The translations under genes were made by a program, and so were the position numbers. A DNA stretch of 64,000 nucleotides from Spirochaetia bacterium (lineage in GTDB: Bacteria > Spirochaetota > Spirochaetia > SZUA-6 > Bin103): positions 320,001-384,000 of the forward strand of contig CBDBOV010000003.1 in assembly GCA_965208575.1 (NCBI GenBank), given 5' to 3'. Positions 41,316 through 52,390 of the stretch are shown here, piece by piece. Numbering within the stretch: the first letter of the stretch is position 1; each line of letters begins with the position of its first letter. The notes beneath the pieces are model-generated. The model made no database searches. It saw only the letters and a program-made list of their open reading frames with translations, and was not told the origin of the DNA.

Positions 41316-44300
41316 CTTAGCAGCGAGCCTCCGCTGCTGCTGTCCGGCACGGCCGGCAGCGGCAAGACCACCATCGCCGTCTACTTCCTGTTGCGCCACC
41401 GCGTGCGACGGCTCGACGCGGCGGCCGGCGGGCGCCATGTGGCCGCGACGCTGCAAGGGTCGCCGTCGGCGCCGGAGCGGGCGCTGTTCCTGACCCACAG
41501 CGCCCAACTGAAGCGTTTTCGGAGCGGATGTATCGCGGCCTGGTGGCCGCCACCGACCTGGAAAAGGCTCCTCAGGCGGTGCGCTTCTCTACCTACCGGG
41601 AGCTGCTGGAGGAGATTCTGAGCCGCGCCGGACCGCGCGAACCGCACCGGCGGCCCGCGGGACTTGCCGAGTTTCGCGCCATCTTCCAGAACCACCCGGC
41701 AGCGGCGCGCTACGACGCCGAGCTGGTGTGGGAAGAGATTCGGGCGATCGTGAAGGGCGCGAAACCGCAGGTGAGCGGTCGCCGGTTCAGGGAGTTGGCG
41801 GCCCGCGCCGGCGCCGCCGCGGCTACCGGGCGGGAGCGCGCCGAGTTGGCGGAGTACGTGGTGCGGCTGGCCAACCTGGAGGCGGGATCCCGGCTCGACG
41901 CGATGCGCGCCCGCAGGACCTCGTTCGCGACACTGCGCGAGTTCGCGGCCTGCCTGCGCGGCGGAGACCTGTCGCGGCTGGACGAACAACAGTTCCTGCT
42001 CGATGCCGCGCTGCGCCTGGTCGAAAAGCAGTCCGCACGCCTGGGTCAGCCGCTGTTGACGCTGCGCGAGTACGAAGGGCTCGGAGCCAAGCGCGCGCCC
42101 AACTTTCCGTTCGAGCGGCAGGAGATCCACGCCTTGGCCGGGTACTACCAGGAACAGCTTGAAGCGGGCGGGTTGCACGACGAGATCGACTTGACCCGGG
42201 CGGCGCTGACCTACCTGGAGCGGCACGACGACCAGTTCCGATTCGACCTGGTGGTGTGCGATGAGGTACAGGACTTCACCGACCTGCAGTTGGCGCTGCT
42301 GTTTCGCCTTGCCGAGGATCCGCGCCGCACCGTGCTCACCGGTGACCCCAAGCAGATCATCAATCCGAGCGGGTTCCGCTGGCAGGAGGTGCGCGCCCGC
42401 TACTACGAGCGCGGCCTGCCGGTGCCGGAGATGGTCAACCTCAGCATCAACTTTCGCAGCGTTGGGAACATCGTCGGCCTTGCCAACGAGCTGCTGGTGC
42501 TGAAGCGGTCGCTGGTCGGCGCCGCGGCCGGCGAGATTACCGAACGCTGGATGTTCCGGGGGCGGCCGCCGCTGCTGGTCGAGGGGCTTGTCGAGCGCGA
42601 AGTGCTGGACGCCGTGCGCCGCGGCGGGGCGGGCCACGTGGTGCTGGTGCGCACGGCGGCGGAGCGCGATCGGCTGCGCGCGGCGTTGCAGTCGGAGCTT
42701 GTATTCACGATAGCCGACGCCAAGGGCCTGGAGTTCGACGCGGTACTCCTGTGGCGGTTCGCGGCCGCGGAAGGGGCGCCGGGACTGTGGCGGCGTATCG
42801 CCGCCGGACAGGTGCGCGGCGCCGCCGACGCTCCCCACATCCGCCACGAATTGAGCCTGCTGTATGTCGCGGTGTCGCGGGCGCGCAACACCCTGGTGAT
42901 CTGGGACGGCGAGACGGTCAGTCCGGTCTGGGGCATGGCGGCGCTGGCCACGCACGTCTACCGGTCACCGGACGCCGACGCCCTGGCCGCCACCTGGCAG
43001 CGGGTTTCGACGCCCGCCGAATGGGAGGCGCAGGGTGACTACTTCGCCGCGCGGGAGCACTACGCCGCCGCCGAAGAGTGCTACCGCAATGCCCAGGCCT
43101 CGGCCAAGGAGGAGGTGGCGCGCGCCCACCGCCTTGAACAGGAGGGAGAGCACCGCACCGCCGCCGGCCTGTTCGCCAGCCATGGCCGCGCCGAGCGGGC
43201 GGCGGCGAACCTGGAGCGGGTAGGGGAGTACCCGAATGCCGCCCGGCAGTGGCGCCGCGCCGGCGATGAGGAGCGTGCCGTTTCGTGCGAGGCGCGCCAC
43301 TACGAGGCGGCCGGCAACTTCAAGGCGGCCGCGAAGCGCTGGCGGCAACTGGGTGACGAGGCGGCGATGCTGCGCACCTGGGAACGCGGTCGCCAGTACC
43401 GGCAGATGGCGGCGTTCTACCGGGAGCGGAAGGTGAGCGGCGAGGCGGCGCGTTACCTGAAGCTGGCCGGCGACCATGCCGCAGCGGCGGTCGAGTTTCG
43501 CCGCGCCGGCATGCTGCAGCTTGCGGCGCAGGAGTTCGAGCGTGCGCGCGACTACAGGCGTGCGGCCGCACTGTACCGGCGGCTCGGAGACAGCGCCGCC
43601 CTGCTGCGCTGCCTGGGATCGATGCACGTCGGCGGCGCCCACGAAGCGGCGCTGGTGTACGAGGGCCAACGCAACTGGCAGAAAGCGGCCGAGCACTTCC
43701 GCCGCTACGCCGACAGCTCGCCGGAGGCGCGCGCCGACCTGGAACGGCGCCTGGCCACCATCACTCCCAAGCGCCCCGGCATGCGTGCGGCGGTACGCAT
43801 GGACGCCCTCGGACATCACCGGGGCGCGGCACCCATATACGAGCGCCACGGCCACTCGCTCCGCGCCGCGGAGCTGTACAGCGCGAGTGGCGAGCATGAA
43901 CCGGCGGCGCGCTGCCTGGCAGCCAGCGGCCGGCTCAAGGATGCCGCTCTGGAGGCACTGCGCGCACCCGCGGACAGCGCCCTCGATGTTGCGGTCGAGA
44001 ATCTGTACGGCTACGTGCTCGGCAACCCGGCGCCTGGAGCGCGGGTTGCGCAGGACAAGCAACTCGTGACACGGGTCGGCGAACTCGCGCGCGCAGCCGG
44101 GCGCCTGGCGCGTGCCGGCGAGCACCGGCGTGCACTGGCGCACTATCTTGCGCTGCGGAAACTGCCCTTGGAGGGGGACGCGTTCCGGGCCGAGTTGCTC
44201 GTCGCCTATGCCGGCCTGGAGCGCCATGGCGACGCGGTCGAACATTGCCTGCGGCAGGGTGCGCCCGGCGCGGCGCACGACTACCTGGACGAATATCCCG

Positions 44301-45097
44301 ACGCGGACTGGCCGATCGCCGAGGTGGAGCGGCTGGCACAGGGCGCGGACGGACGGCTCGGCGGCGTCGACAACGGCGACATCGCGGAGGTGCTGTTCCG
44401 GATCATGAATGCCTGCTTGCTGCGTGGCCGTGAGGCCGACCGACGGCCGCGCCTGACCGCCCTGCTGCGCGGCATGGCGCCGGAGTTCGCGTTCTGGACA
44501 CCTCTGTCCCGCGATTGCAGCGAGCTGCTGATCGCGCTGCGCAGCTACGATCACGTGCTGGGCGTGGTGGCGTACCTCTCTGTCTCCGGCATCGAATCCG
44601 CCGACCAGCGGTACTTTCTCGACCGGCTGCAAACAGTGGCGGAGGTCGAGCGGGACCGGGAGCTGGCGCTGTGTACGCTGCTCGGGGACGACGCGGCGTT
44701 CGAAGCGGCAATCGCCGATATCGAGCCGGCGCGGCACAATGTTGCGCTGTTTGCCGAGAGCGGCGCGCGCTACGGCGAGGCGGTCGCCATCCTGCTGGCT
44801 TCGGGCGAGGCCGGCGCCGCGGCGTCGGTCTGCCTGCAGCACGGAGACTTCGCCGAGGGCGGGCGCATCTACGAGCAGTCCGGAGACCTGCGACAGGCGG
44901 CGCGCACCTTTCGCGACGGTGAGCGGTACGACGATGCACGGCGCTGCTACGCGGCGCGCGGCGACGAGGCGGGGGTAGCACGGGTGTTCGAACGGGAGCG
45001 CCGCCATGACGAGGCGATGGCGATCTGGGAGCGCCTCGGCAGGAAGCGCGAAATCGAGCGCCTCGCCCGCAAGATGGCGCGCGGCGGATAGGCCGCG

Positions 45098-45730
45098 TCA
45101 GTTCCATCGGTAGCTGTACAGCCGCGCGCCGTTCAGCAGGAAGCGGATCTTCACGGTGTCCGGCAGCGCGCCGGGATCGCCGTTCCGCCAGCGCAGCTCG
45201 CCGTCCAGGTCGTCGCCCCGCAGCGGCACGCACCGTTCGCGCGAGAAGCCTTCGAGTACGCTGCCGTCGGCGCGGCACAGCTCCGCCGCCACGCTGCCGC
45301 GGCCGGCGTCCGCATTCACGACCAGCGTCCCGGCGCCGGCTGGGCGCGGCACCGCCCGGGTCGTGACCATGCCCGTCTGCGGAGCGTGCAGGGCGATGAA
45401 CCGGTCGCGCCGCCAGGTGGCGCGCGCCAGACACTTGACTCGCTTCTCCAGGTCGGTTTCGCCGTGCGTGTGCCGGCAGCCGGTGTAGTACCAGTGAATG
45501 TCGTCGCCCGCCACGACCGGTTCTTTGGCGGTGCCGATGATCATGCCGCGGTCGAAGCCGTCGCCGCGCGGGATCGCCGGCGTGCGCTCGCGGTCGGCGT
45601 GCTCCCACAGCACGCCGCTCTTGCGCCCGACCTGCACCTCGCGGTGGATGCCGCGCTGCTGCTCGATCAGCGTGGGATCCAGCAGCAGGACGCTCTCGCC
45701 GGCACGGCCTTCAGCGTTCATGGCGCCCAT
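45098..45730 (-). pseudogene. Glycoside-hydrolase-like beta-propeller protein, probably internally deleted
   Basis: N-terminal LLLDPTLIE joined almost directly to C-terminal motifs (DDIHWYYTG, ATWRRDRF, VVNADA, LYSY). Confidence 0.5.
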
Positions 45731-45756
45731 TATGACCGATCCGGCTCACGCCGGCG

Positions 45757-47118
45757 TCAACCTCGGGCGTCGCGAGCTGGAGCACCGCCGCCGCTGCCGG
45801 CCCGCCGCCGTGCCACGCGCGGGTCCGCCACGCCGAAGCGCAGCACCAGCCAGCCGGCCAGCGACAGCACCACGCCGGCCGCGAACACCGCCCGGTAGTT
45901 CACCGTGTCGATCAGCCACCCGCCGGCAATCGGCGCCGCCAGGGCGGGCACGGCCAGCAGGGTGGTGGTGAGCGCGGTGTAGGTGGCCACGCGGCCGGCG
46001 GCGCCCAGGTCCATGGCCAGGCTCGGTCGAGACACCCTGATGCCGGCGTCGGCCAGGGAGAGGAGGGCAAAGGCGGCATACATCCACGCCGCCGCCGGCG
46101 CCACCAGCACCACCACGCCGGCCGCCGCGCACAGCAACGCCGCCACCTCGATGGCGGCCCGGTGTCCGAAGCGGTCGCCCCACCAGCCGATCAGCGGCGT
46201 GCCGACCGCCTGGCTGATCAGCGCCGCCACGGTAAGGGTGGCGGCGAAGGCGTCGCTGATGGCAAACGCCTCGCGCGCGTAGATCACGTAGAAGGTCACG
46301 CCCAGTGCGCCGAAGATCACCAGGAGCTGGCTCAGCAGGAAGCGCGCGAAGTTGTGATCGCGGCGCAGCACGGCCGGCAGTTCGCGCAGGTAGGCGCCCA
46401 GGCGCACGCGGGCCCGCTCGGGGGTGTGCGCCGGCTCGCGGTTGAAGGTCAGGAAGGTCCAGGAGATCGCCTGGCCGGCGAAGGCGAGCAGAAAGCAGGC
46501 GGCGAACGACCGCGGATAGGGCATGGTGTCCAGGATGTGCCGCGCCAGCAACGCGCCGCCGGCGCCCATCAGGGCTCCGATGGCGGCGCCGAGGCCGAAC
46601 ATCATCCCCTTGCGGTCCGGGTGGATGATCTTCGCCAGCATGGCGCGCCACGCCGGCGACGCCACGCCCACCGCGCCCTGGCCGACCAGCAGCATCGCCA
46701 CCAGGAAGAGGTAGGAGAACCACGCCGGGGCGACCGGCCACAGCAGGATGCCCAGCCCCAGCACCAGCCACGGCACGCGCTCGAACACGCTGATGCGCAC
46801 GATCCACGGCTTTTTGCGCGCCAGCGACTCGGCGCGCGCGGCCATGAGGAGCTGCGGAAGGTGGGAGGCGACCAGGTAAACCGCCGGGATCAGCCCGATC
46901 AGCACCCGCGACTCGGTCAGGTAGCTGACATACAGCGGCAGGATGGTCGAGATGAAGACGAAGCTGCCGGCCAGGTTGACGAACGACAGGTCCCCGACGT
47001 TGACCCAGAAGTTCCAGCGCCCGTTGCGCCGGACGAGGTTCCGGTACGCGCGGTCGCCGGCCGGATCGGCTGGCCGGCCGTCGTGTCCGCCGGGATCGGG
47101 AGGGCTCTCGTTCATCAC
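45757..47118 (-). CDS. MFS transporter
   Basis: 12 TM pattern; GWWGDRFG motif. Confidence 0.88.
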   Translation of the reverse strand: MMNESPPDPGGHDGRPADPAGDRAYRNLVRRNGRWNFWVNVGDLSFVNLAGSFVFISTILPLYVSYLTESRVLIGLIPAVYLVASHLPQLLMAARAESLARKKPWIVRISVFERVPWLVLGLGILLWPVAPAWFSYLFLVAMLLVGQGAVGVASPAWRAMLAKIIHPDRKGMMFGLGAAIGALMGAGGALLARHILDTMPYPRSFAACFLLAFAGQAISWTFLTFNREPAHTPERARVRLGAYLRELPAVLRRDHNFARFLLSQLLVIFGALGVTFYVIYAREAFAISDAFAATLTVAALISQAVGTPLIGWWGDRFGHRAAIEVAALLCAAAGVVVLVAPAAAWMYAAFALLSLADAGIRVSRPSLAMDLGAAGRVATYTALTTTLLAVPALAAPIAGGWLIDTVNYRAVFAAGVVLSLAGWLVLRFGVADPRVARRRAGSGGGAPARDARG

Positions 47119-47143
47119 GCCCGCCGGCGGCTCGGCGCGCCGG

Positions 47144-48316
47144 TCAGGAGGCTACCGTCTCCCACGCCCCGCTGTCCCATGAACGCGCCGCCGCCTGCTG
47201 CACGCGCGCCACCGCCGCGGCCGCGGCCAGCGATCCACGCCCCGGCGTGCCGGCCGCAACCGCGCTGAGAAACTCCGCCAGCTCGATGGTAAGCGTGTCG
47301 TCGTAGCCGATGCCGATGCCGGCGCCGGGGTTGAAGCGGCCGTGGTACGGGTGCTGAGGCCCGCCGATGGCGGTGGTGAAGCCGTCGCCGGCCGCGCCGT
47401 CGCCGTCGCCGCCGGCCAGGCGTACCTGCAGCTCGTTGAGGCGCTCGAAGTCCCAGGCCAGTGCGCCGCGCCGCCCGTTCACCTCGAACGCCATCTGGCA
47501 CTCCGGTCCGAAGATCACCCGGCACGCCTCCAGGGTGCCGCGCGCGCCGCCGGCGAACTCCACCAGCATGCCGACGTAGTCCTCGTTGGAGACCGGGCCG
47601 GTGGGACCGCCCGCCCTGGCGGAGAAGTGGGTGCCCTCGCCGGGCGTGGCCAGGGGTCGTTCGGCGATGAAGGTGTGGCGCTGGCTCACCACGCGCCGGA
47701 TCGGCCCGGCGATGAAGTGGGCCATGTCGACCACGTGCGAGATCAGGTCGGCCAGGGTGCCGCTGCCGGCCTGCTCGCGCCGGAAGCGCCACGAAAGCAC
47801 GCCGTTCGGGTCGCGCCCGTAGCCGCTGAAGAAGCGCCCCCGGTAGTGGGTCAGCTCGCCGAGCCTGCCGGCTTCGATCAGCCGCCGCGCATGCTGCACC
47901 ATCGGCGCGAACACGTAGTTGTAGCCCACCCCGCTGACCACGCCGGCGCGCTCCGCCGCCGCCGCCACCGCGAGCGTGTCCTCCGGGCTGCGTCCGACCG
48001 GCTTCTCGCAGAACACGTGCTTGCCGGCGGCGACCGCCGCCTCCGCCATGGTACGGTGCAGGAAGTTGGGCGCCGTCACGTCCACGACGTCGACGTCCGG
48101 TGCGGCAACCGCCTCGCGCCAGTCGGCGGTGGTGCGCGCGAACCCGTAGCCGCGCTGCGCCGCCTGCCGCCGCGCCGCCACCTCGTCCGCGCACACCACC
48201 AGCCGCGGCTCCAGTCCGCGGTCGGCAAACCGATGCCGAGCCTGCAGATAGGCGCGGCTGTGCGCCTCTCCCATCCAGCCCATCCCGATCACCGCGATGC
48301 CCAGCTTGCTGCTCAT
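47144..48316 (-). CDS. Gfo/Idh/MocA oxidoreductase
   Basis: IGMGWMG, CEKP, DLISH. Confidence 0.92.
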   Translation of the reverse strand: MSSKLGIAVIGMGWMGEAHSRAYLQARHRFADRGLEPRLVVCADEVAARRQAAQRGYGFARTTADWREAVAAPDVDVVDVTAPNFLHRTMAEAAVAAGKHVFCEKPVGRSPEDTLAVAAAAERAGVVSGVGYNYVFAPMVQHARRLIEAGRLGELTHYRGRFFSGYGRDPNGVLSWRFRREQAGSGTLADLISHVVDMAHFIAGPIRRVVSQRHTFIAERPLATPGEGTHFSARAGGPTGPVSNEDYVGMLVEFAGGARGTLEACRVIFGPECQMAFEVNGRRGALAWDFERLNELQVRLAGGDGDGAAGDGFTTAIGGPQHPYHGRFNPGAGIGIGYDDTLTIELAEFLSAVAAGTPGRGSLAAAAAVARVQQAAARSWDSGAWETVAS

Positions 48317-48394
48317 CCTGGCAGTATATTCGCACATACCGGGCGTGCCGATCCGCCGGGGTTAGCTTGCGCCAGCCGTGCCGCGGAGTTGTGA

Positions 48395-48811
<417 letters not shown>

Positions 48812-48891
48812 GCACCTGACGGCCGGCGGCGGCCGTGCGCCTCGAATTCCGGAGCTTGTCGACGATGCAAGGATCAGCAACGGCGCCGGAG

Positions 48892-49878
48892 ATGGCGTAT
48901 GCTACGGGCGTGGTGAAGGAACTGAGGGTGGCGCTCGTGGGTTGCGGGCCGCGCGCGCACAGCCATGCGCGCCTGGTCGAGAGGACGGACGGTGTGCGCC
49001 TGGAGGCGGTATGCGATCCCTTGGCTGCGCCGCGTGGCACGATGGCGGATGAGTTTGGCATTGGTCGCCGTTACGAGCGGATCGACGAGATGCTGGAGGC
49101 CGTGACACCGGATGCGGTGCTGGTCAACGTGCCGCCGCACGTGAATGCCAAGGCGGCGATGGTGTGCCTGGAGGCGGGGGTCGACACCCTGGTGGAGAAG
49201 CCGCCGGGGCTGCACGTGGCCGAGACCCGTGCCCTGCGCGCGGCGGCGGCGCGCAGCGGTGCGCGCTGCATGGTGGGGTTCAACAGGCGCTTCAACCCGC
49301 TGATCCGGGAGGCGAAGCGGCGCGTCGCCGAACGGGGCGCGCCGGTGACCGTGGTCGGGGCGTTTCACAAGAACCTGGTCGAGCTCGAACGGCAGGGGAA
49401 GCTCGCCGAGCCGACGCTGGCGCGGTACTTCTACGAGACGCCGATTCACGCCCTGGACTGCGTGCGCTGGCTGGCCGGCTCCCCGGTGCGGGAGGTGCAC
49501 AGCTTCTCGCGGCGGGCGGTGTCGCGCCACCGCGATGCGTTCGGGGCGGTGATGCAATGCGACAACGGGTGCATCGTGCACTTGGTCGCCAACATCACCG
49601 CCGGCGCGCGGCTGGAGCGGTACGAGATTCACGGCGCCGGCATCTCCGCTTACCTGGAAGGGGTCAAGCGCGGACACGTGGTGGCGGACGGCGAGGAGAC
49701 CGAGCTTGCCGGCCCGGGCACCGGCACCGGAGCCGAAACCGGCGGCGGCGGCACCCTGGAGCAGGACCGCTACTTCTTCGACTGCATCCGCAACGACCGG
49801 CCCCTCGCGCTCCCGGCCTGCGACCTGGACGAGGCGGTCGCCACCATGGAACTGATGGCAGCCATCCACGGCGACTGA
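48892..49878 (+). CDS. Gfo/Idh/MocA oxidoreductase
   Basis: VGCG, VEKPPG, GFNRRF. Confidence 0.9.
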   Translation: MAYATGVVKELRVALVGCGPRAHSHARLVERTDGVRLEAVCDPLAAPRGTMADEFGIGRRYERIDEMLEAVTPDAVLVNVPPHVNAKAAMVCLEAGVDTLVEKPPGLHVAETRALRAAAARSGARCMVGFNRRFNPLIREAKRRVAERGAPVTVVGAFHKNLVELERQGKLAEPTLARYFYETPIHALDCVRWLAGSPVREVHSFSRRAVSRHRDAFGAVMQCDNGCIVHLVANITAGARLERYEIHGAGISAYLEGVKRGHVVADGEETELAGPGTGTGAETGGGGTLEQDRYFFDCIRNDRPLALPACDLDEAVATMELMAAIHGD

Positions 49879-50055
49879 TCCGGGCGCGGCGCCGGGCAGG
49901 CGGCTTCCCGCGCGCCGCCGGGCAGGGAGGTGGCCGCCGGATCGAGCCGCCGTCAGCCCCCGGCCCGGCCGCCAGCATCGCGCGCCGTGCTTCGTCCGCC
50001 GTATGGGCGGCCGCTTCGGGCTACCCCGGCAATTGGCGGCACCGGCACCGCCGGG

Positions 50056-51801
50056 TCAGCGCGCGACGGCCGTGGCGACCGCTGATACCGCGGGGGCGAG
50101 CACGGCGGGCTCGTCCGGCTCGGCGGCCGCCTGCGCGGCGATGCTGCGGTTGAGCGCGGATATGAGCGCCAGCGCCGAGGCCTTGGCGATGTTCGGGTTG
50201 GTACCGGCGCCGAAGCACTGCACGCCGCTGCCGGAGGCGATCTGGATGTAGGCGATGGCGGTGGAGTCGGTGCCCTGGCCGAGGGAGTGCTCGCTGTAGT
50301 GGGTAAGGCGAAAATCGGCCAGCCCCGCCGTCCCGAGGGCGTCCTTGAGCGCGTCGATCGGTCCGTTGCCGCTCCCCTCCAGCACCATCTCCACGCCATC
50401 GCGGGCGATGGTCAGCACCCCGTCCATGCGCGAGCTGTCATCGGCCGCGGTGGCGATGGCGTAGTCGATGAATCGCACCGGCTGATCGGCTTCCAGGTAC
50501 TCGGTCTCGAACGCCTGCCAGATCTCCTGTGCCTCCACCTCGCGTCCGGTGCGGTCGGTGAGGGCCTGCACCACCTGGCCGAACTCCGGCTGCATCGTCT
50601 TGGGCAGCAGGCAGCCGAACTCGGTCTCCATGACGTACGCCACGCCGCCCTTGCCGGACTGCGAGTTGATGCGAATGATCGCCTGGTAGGAGCGCCCGAC
50701 GTCGGTGGGGTCGATCGGCAGGTAGGGCACCGCCCACAGGGCGCCCGCTCCGTTGCCCTGCGCCGTCATGCCCTTGTTGATGGCGTCCTGGTGGGAGCCG
50801 GAAAAGGCGGTGAACACCAGCTCCCCGGCGTAGGGATGGCGCGCGCCTACCGGAATGTCGGTACAGTAATCGGATACCTCGATCAGGCGGCCGAGGTCGT
50901 GCAGGTCGAGTCCCGGATCGACCCCCTGGGTGTACAGGTTGAGCCCGACGGTGACGATGTCCACGTTGCCGGTGCGCTCGCCGTTGCCGAACAGCGTGCC
51001 TTCCACCCGCTCCGCACCCGCCATCAGGCCCAGTTCGGTGGCCGCCACGCCGGTGCCGCGGTCGTTGTGGGTGTGCAGGCTGAGGATGATGCTGTCGCGG
51101 CGCCGCACGTGGCGCAGGAACCACTCGATCTGGTCGGCGTACACGTTGGGCGTGGCCAGTTCCACCGTGGCCGGCAGGTTGATGATGATGCGCCGCTCGG
51201 GACTCGGATCCCATGCCTCGATCACGGCGTCGCATATCTCCACGGCGAAGTCGAGCTCGGTGCCGGTGAAGCTCTCCGGAGAGTACTCGTACACCACCTC
51301 GGTGTCGGTCCGCTCCGCCAGTTCCCGCACCAGCCGGGTGCCGTCCACCGCTATGGCGCGGATTTCCGCCCGGTCCATGCCGAACACCACGCGCCGCTGC
51401 AGCGTGGAGGTGGAGTTGTACAGGTGCACGACGGCCCGCGGCGTGCCCTCGATCGCCTCGAAGGTGCGCCGGATCAGGTGGTCGCGCGCCTGGGTGAGCA
51501 CCTGCGGGTAGACGTCGCCGGGGATCAGGCCGCGCTCGATCAGGGTGCGCGTGAATTCGAACTCCACCGCCGCGGCGGACGGGAATCCGATCTCGATCTC
51601 CTTGAAGCCGATGTCGGTCAGCAGGCGGAACATGCGCAGCTTCTGCTCCAGGTTCATCGGGTTAATCAACGCCTGGTTGCCGTCGCGCAGATCGACGCTG
51701 CACCAGATCGGCGCCTGCTCGATGGTACGGTTCGGCCACCGGCGGTCCGGCAGGTCGATGACCGGAAAGGGTCGGTACTTGGTGATCGTTCCTCGCTGCA
51801 T
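50056..51801 (-). CDS. leuA: 2-isopropylmalate synthase
   Basis: WCSVDLRDGNQAL, HTHNDRG, GNGERTGN, RINSQSGKGG. Confidence 0.97.
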   Translation of the reverse strand: MQRGTITKYRPFPVIDLPDRRWPNRTIEQAPIWCSVDLRDGNQALINPMNLEQKLRMFRLLTDIGFKEIEIGFPSAAAVEFEFTRTLIERGLIPGDVYPQVLTQARDHLIRRTFEAIEGTPRAVVHLYNSTSTLQRRVVFGMDRAEIRAIAVDGTRLVRELAERTDTEVVYEYSPESFTGTELDFAVEICDAVIEAWDPSPERRIIINLPATVELATPNVYADQIEWFLRHVRRRDSIILSLHTHNDRGTGVAATELGLMAGAERVEGTLFGNGERTGNVDIVTVGLNLYTQGVDPGLDLHDLGRLIEVSDYCTDIPVGARHPYAGELVFTAFSGSHQDAINKGMTAQGNGAGALWAVPYLPIDPTDVGRSYQAIIRINSQSGKGGVAYVMETEFGCLLPKTMQPEFGQVVQALTDRTGREVEAQEIWQAFETEYLEADQPVRFIDYAIATAADDSSRMDGVLTIARDGVEMVLEGSGNGPIDALKDALGTAGLADFRLTHYSEHSLGQGTDSTAIAYIQIASGSGVQCFGAGTNPNIAKASALALISALNRSIAAQAAAEPDEPAVLAPAVSAVATAVAR

Positions 51802-51840
51802 GGGGTTCTCCTTATTTTCTTCCATCGGCGAAAAATGGCG

Positions 51841-51890
51841 AAAAAAAAGCCCAGGTTCGCAGTTGAGCGCGTCAACTGTGAGCCTGGGCT
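51841..51890 (-). terminator. Attenuator terminator upstream of leuA
   Basis: Minus strand reads AGCCCAGGCTCACAGTTGAC..CTCAACTGCGAACCTGGGCT followed by a T run. Confidence 0.9.
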
Positions 51891-51913
51891 GCGGCTTTTG
51901 CTCTACGCCGTCG

Positions 51914-52015
51914 CTACATGCGGTCCCCGGCGGAGCACGCGACAACCCAGGCCGGTAGGCCCAGGAGGGTGAGAAGCAGGTTGCGTAGCAATGTATCAAG
52001 CCGCCGCGTGTCCAT
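51914..52015 (-). CDS. leuL: Leucine attenuator leader peptide (33 aa)
   Basis: MDTRRLDTLLRNLLLTLLGLPAWVVACSAGDRM; 9 Leu codons including CTA, CTT and TTG. Confidence 0.85.
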   Translation of the reverse strand: MDTRRLDTLLRNLLLTLLGLPAWVVACSAGDRM

Positions 52016-52031
52016 ACCGAAGTCCGCGCCT

Positions 52032-52060
52032 AACCTACCACGCCAACTCCCGGCAGGCAA
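52032..52060 (-). promoter_or_regulatory. Sigma70-like promoter for leuL-leuA
   Basis: TTGCCT-17 bp-TAGGTT. Confidence 0.55.
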
Positions 52061-52082
52061 GTACCCGTCTCCCCCTCCCTAG

Positions 52083-52292
52083 CGTGAGTGGGTCGGAAGG
52101 ATCGAAGAGGGGATACTTCGAGTAGTATTGAGGAAGCTGTCCGGCACGGCGCTCGATATATTCAGTGTATACACTGATCCTCTCAAGAGGAGAGTCCACT
52201 TCCGTGAACGTATCTTGTTTCATGATAACAACTTATCTGGATGAACCAGAGGATCCCGCGGTCAAATCAACGGGATAAGTAGGAAGGTCAGG
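52083..52292 (-). mobile_element. 210-bp MITE-like element derived from the left end of the IS at 62392
   Basis: Inverted copy of 62392-62601 (about 4 mismatches), flanked by CTAG on both sides. Confidence 0.85.
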
Positions 52293-52390
52293 CTAGGGTG
52301 GGACGCAGGGACGCGTGGGAGGAGTGGCCGCATGAGTGCGCACCGGAATGGATGCAGCAGCGGATCGCGGATCGAGTGGATGAGTGTGGT

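Larger units (their letters stand above)
38734..45091 (+). pseudogene. RelE-like/UvrD helicase/TPR giant protein, interrupted by IS1634 and a frameshift at ~41520
   Basis: Removing the IS restores ARLLSSEPPLLLSGTAGSGKTT; motifs CDEVQD, GDPKQ, INFRS, KGLEFD, LYVAVSRAR; helical repeats follow. Confidence 0.85.
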
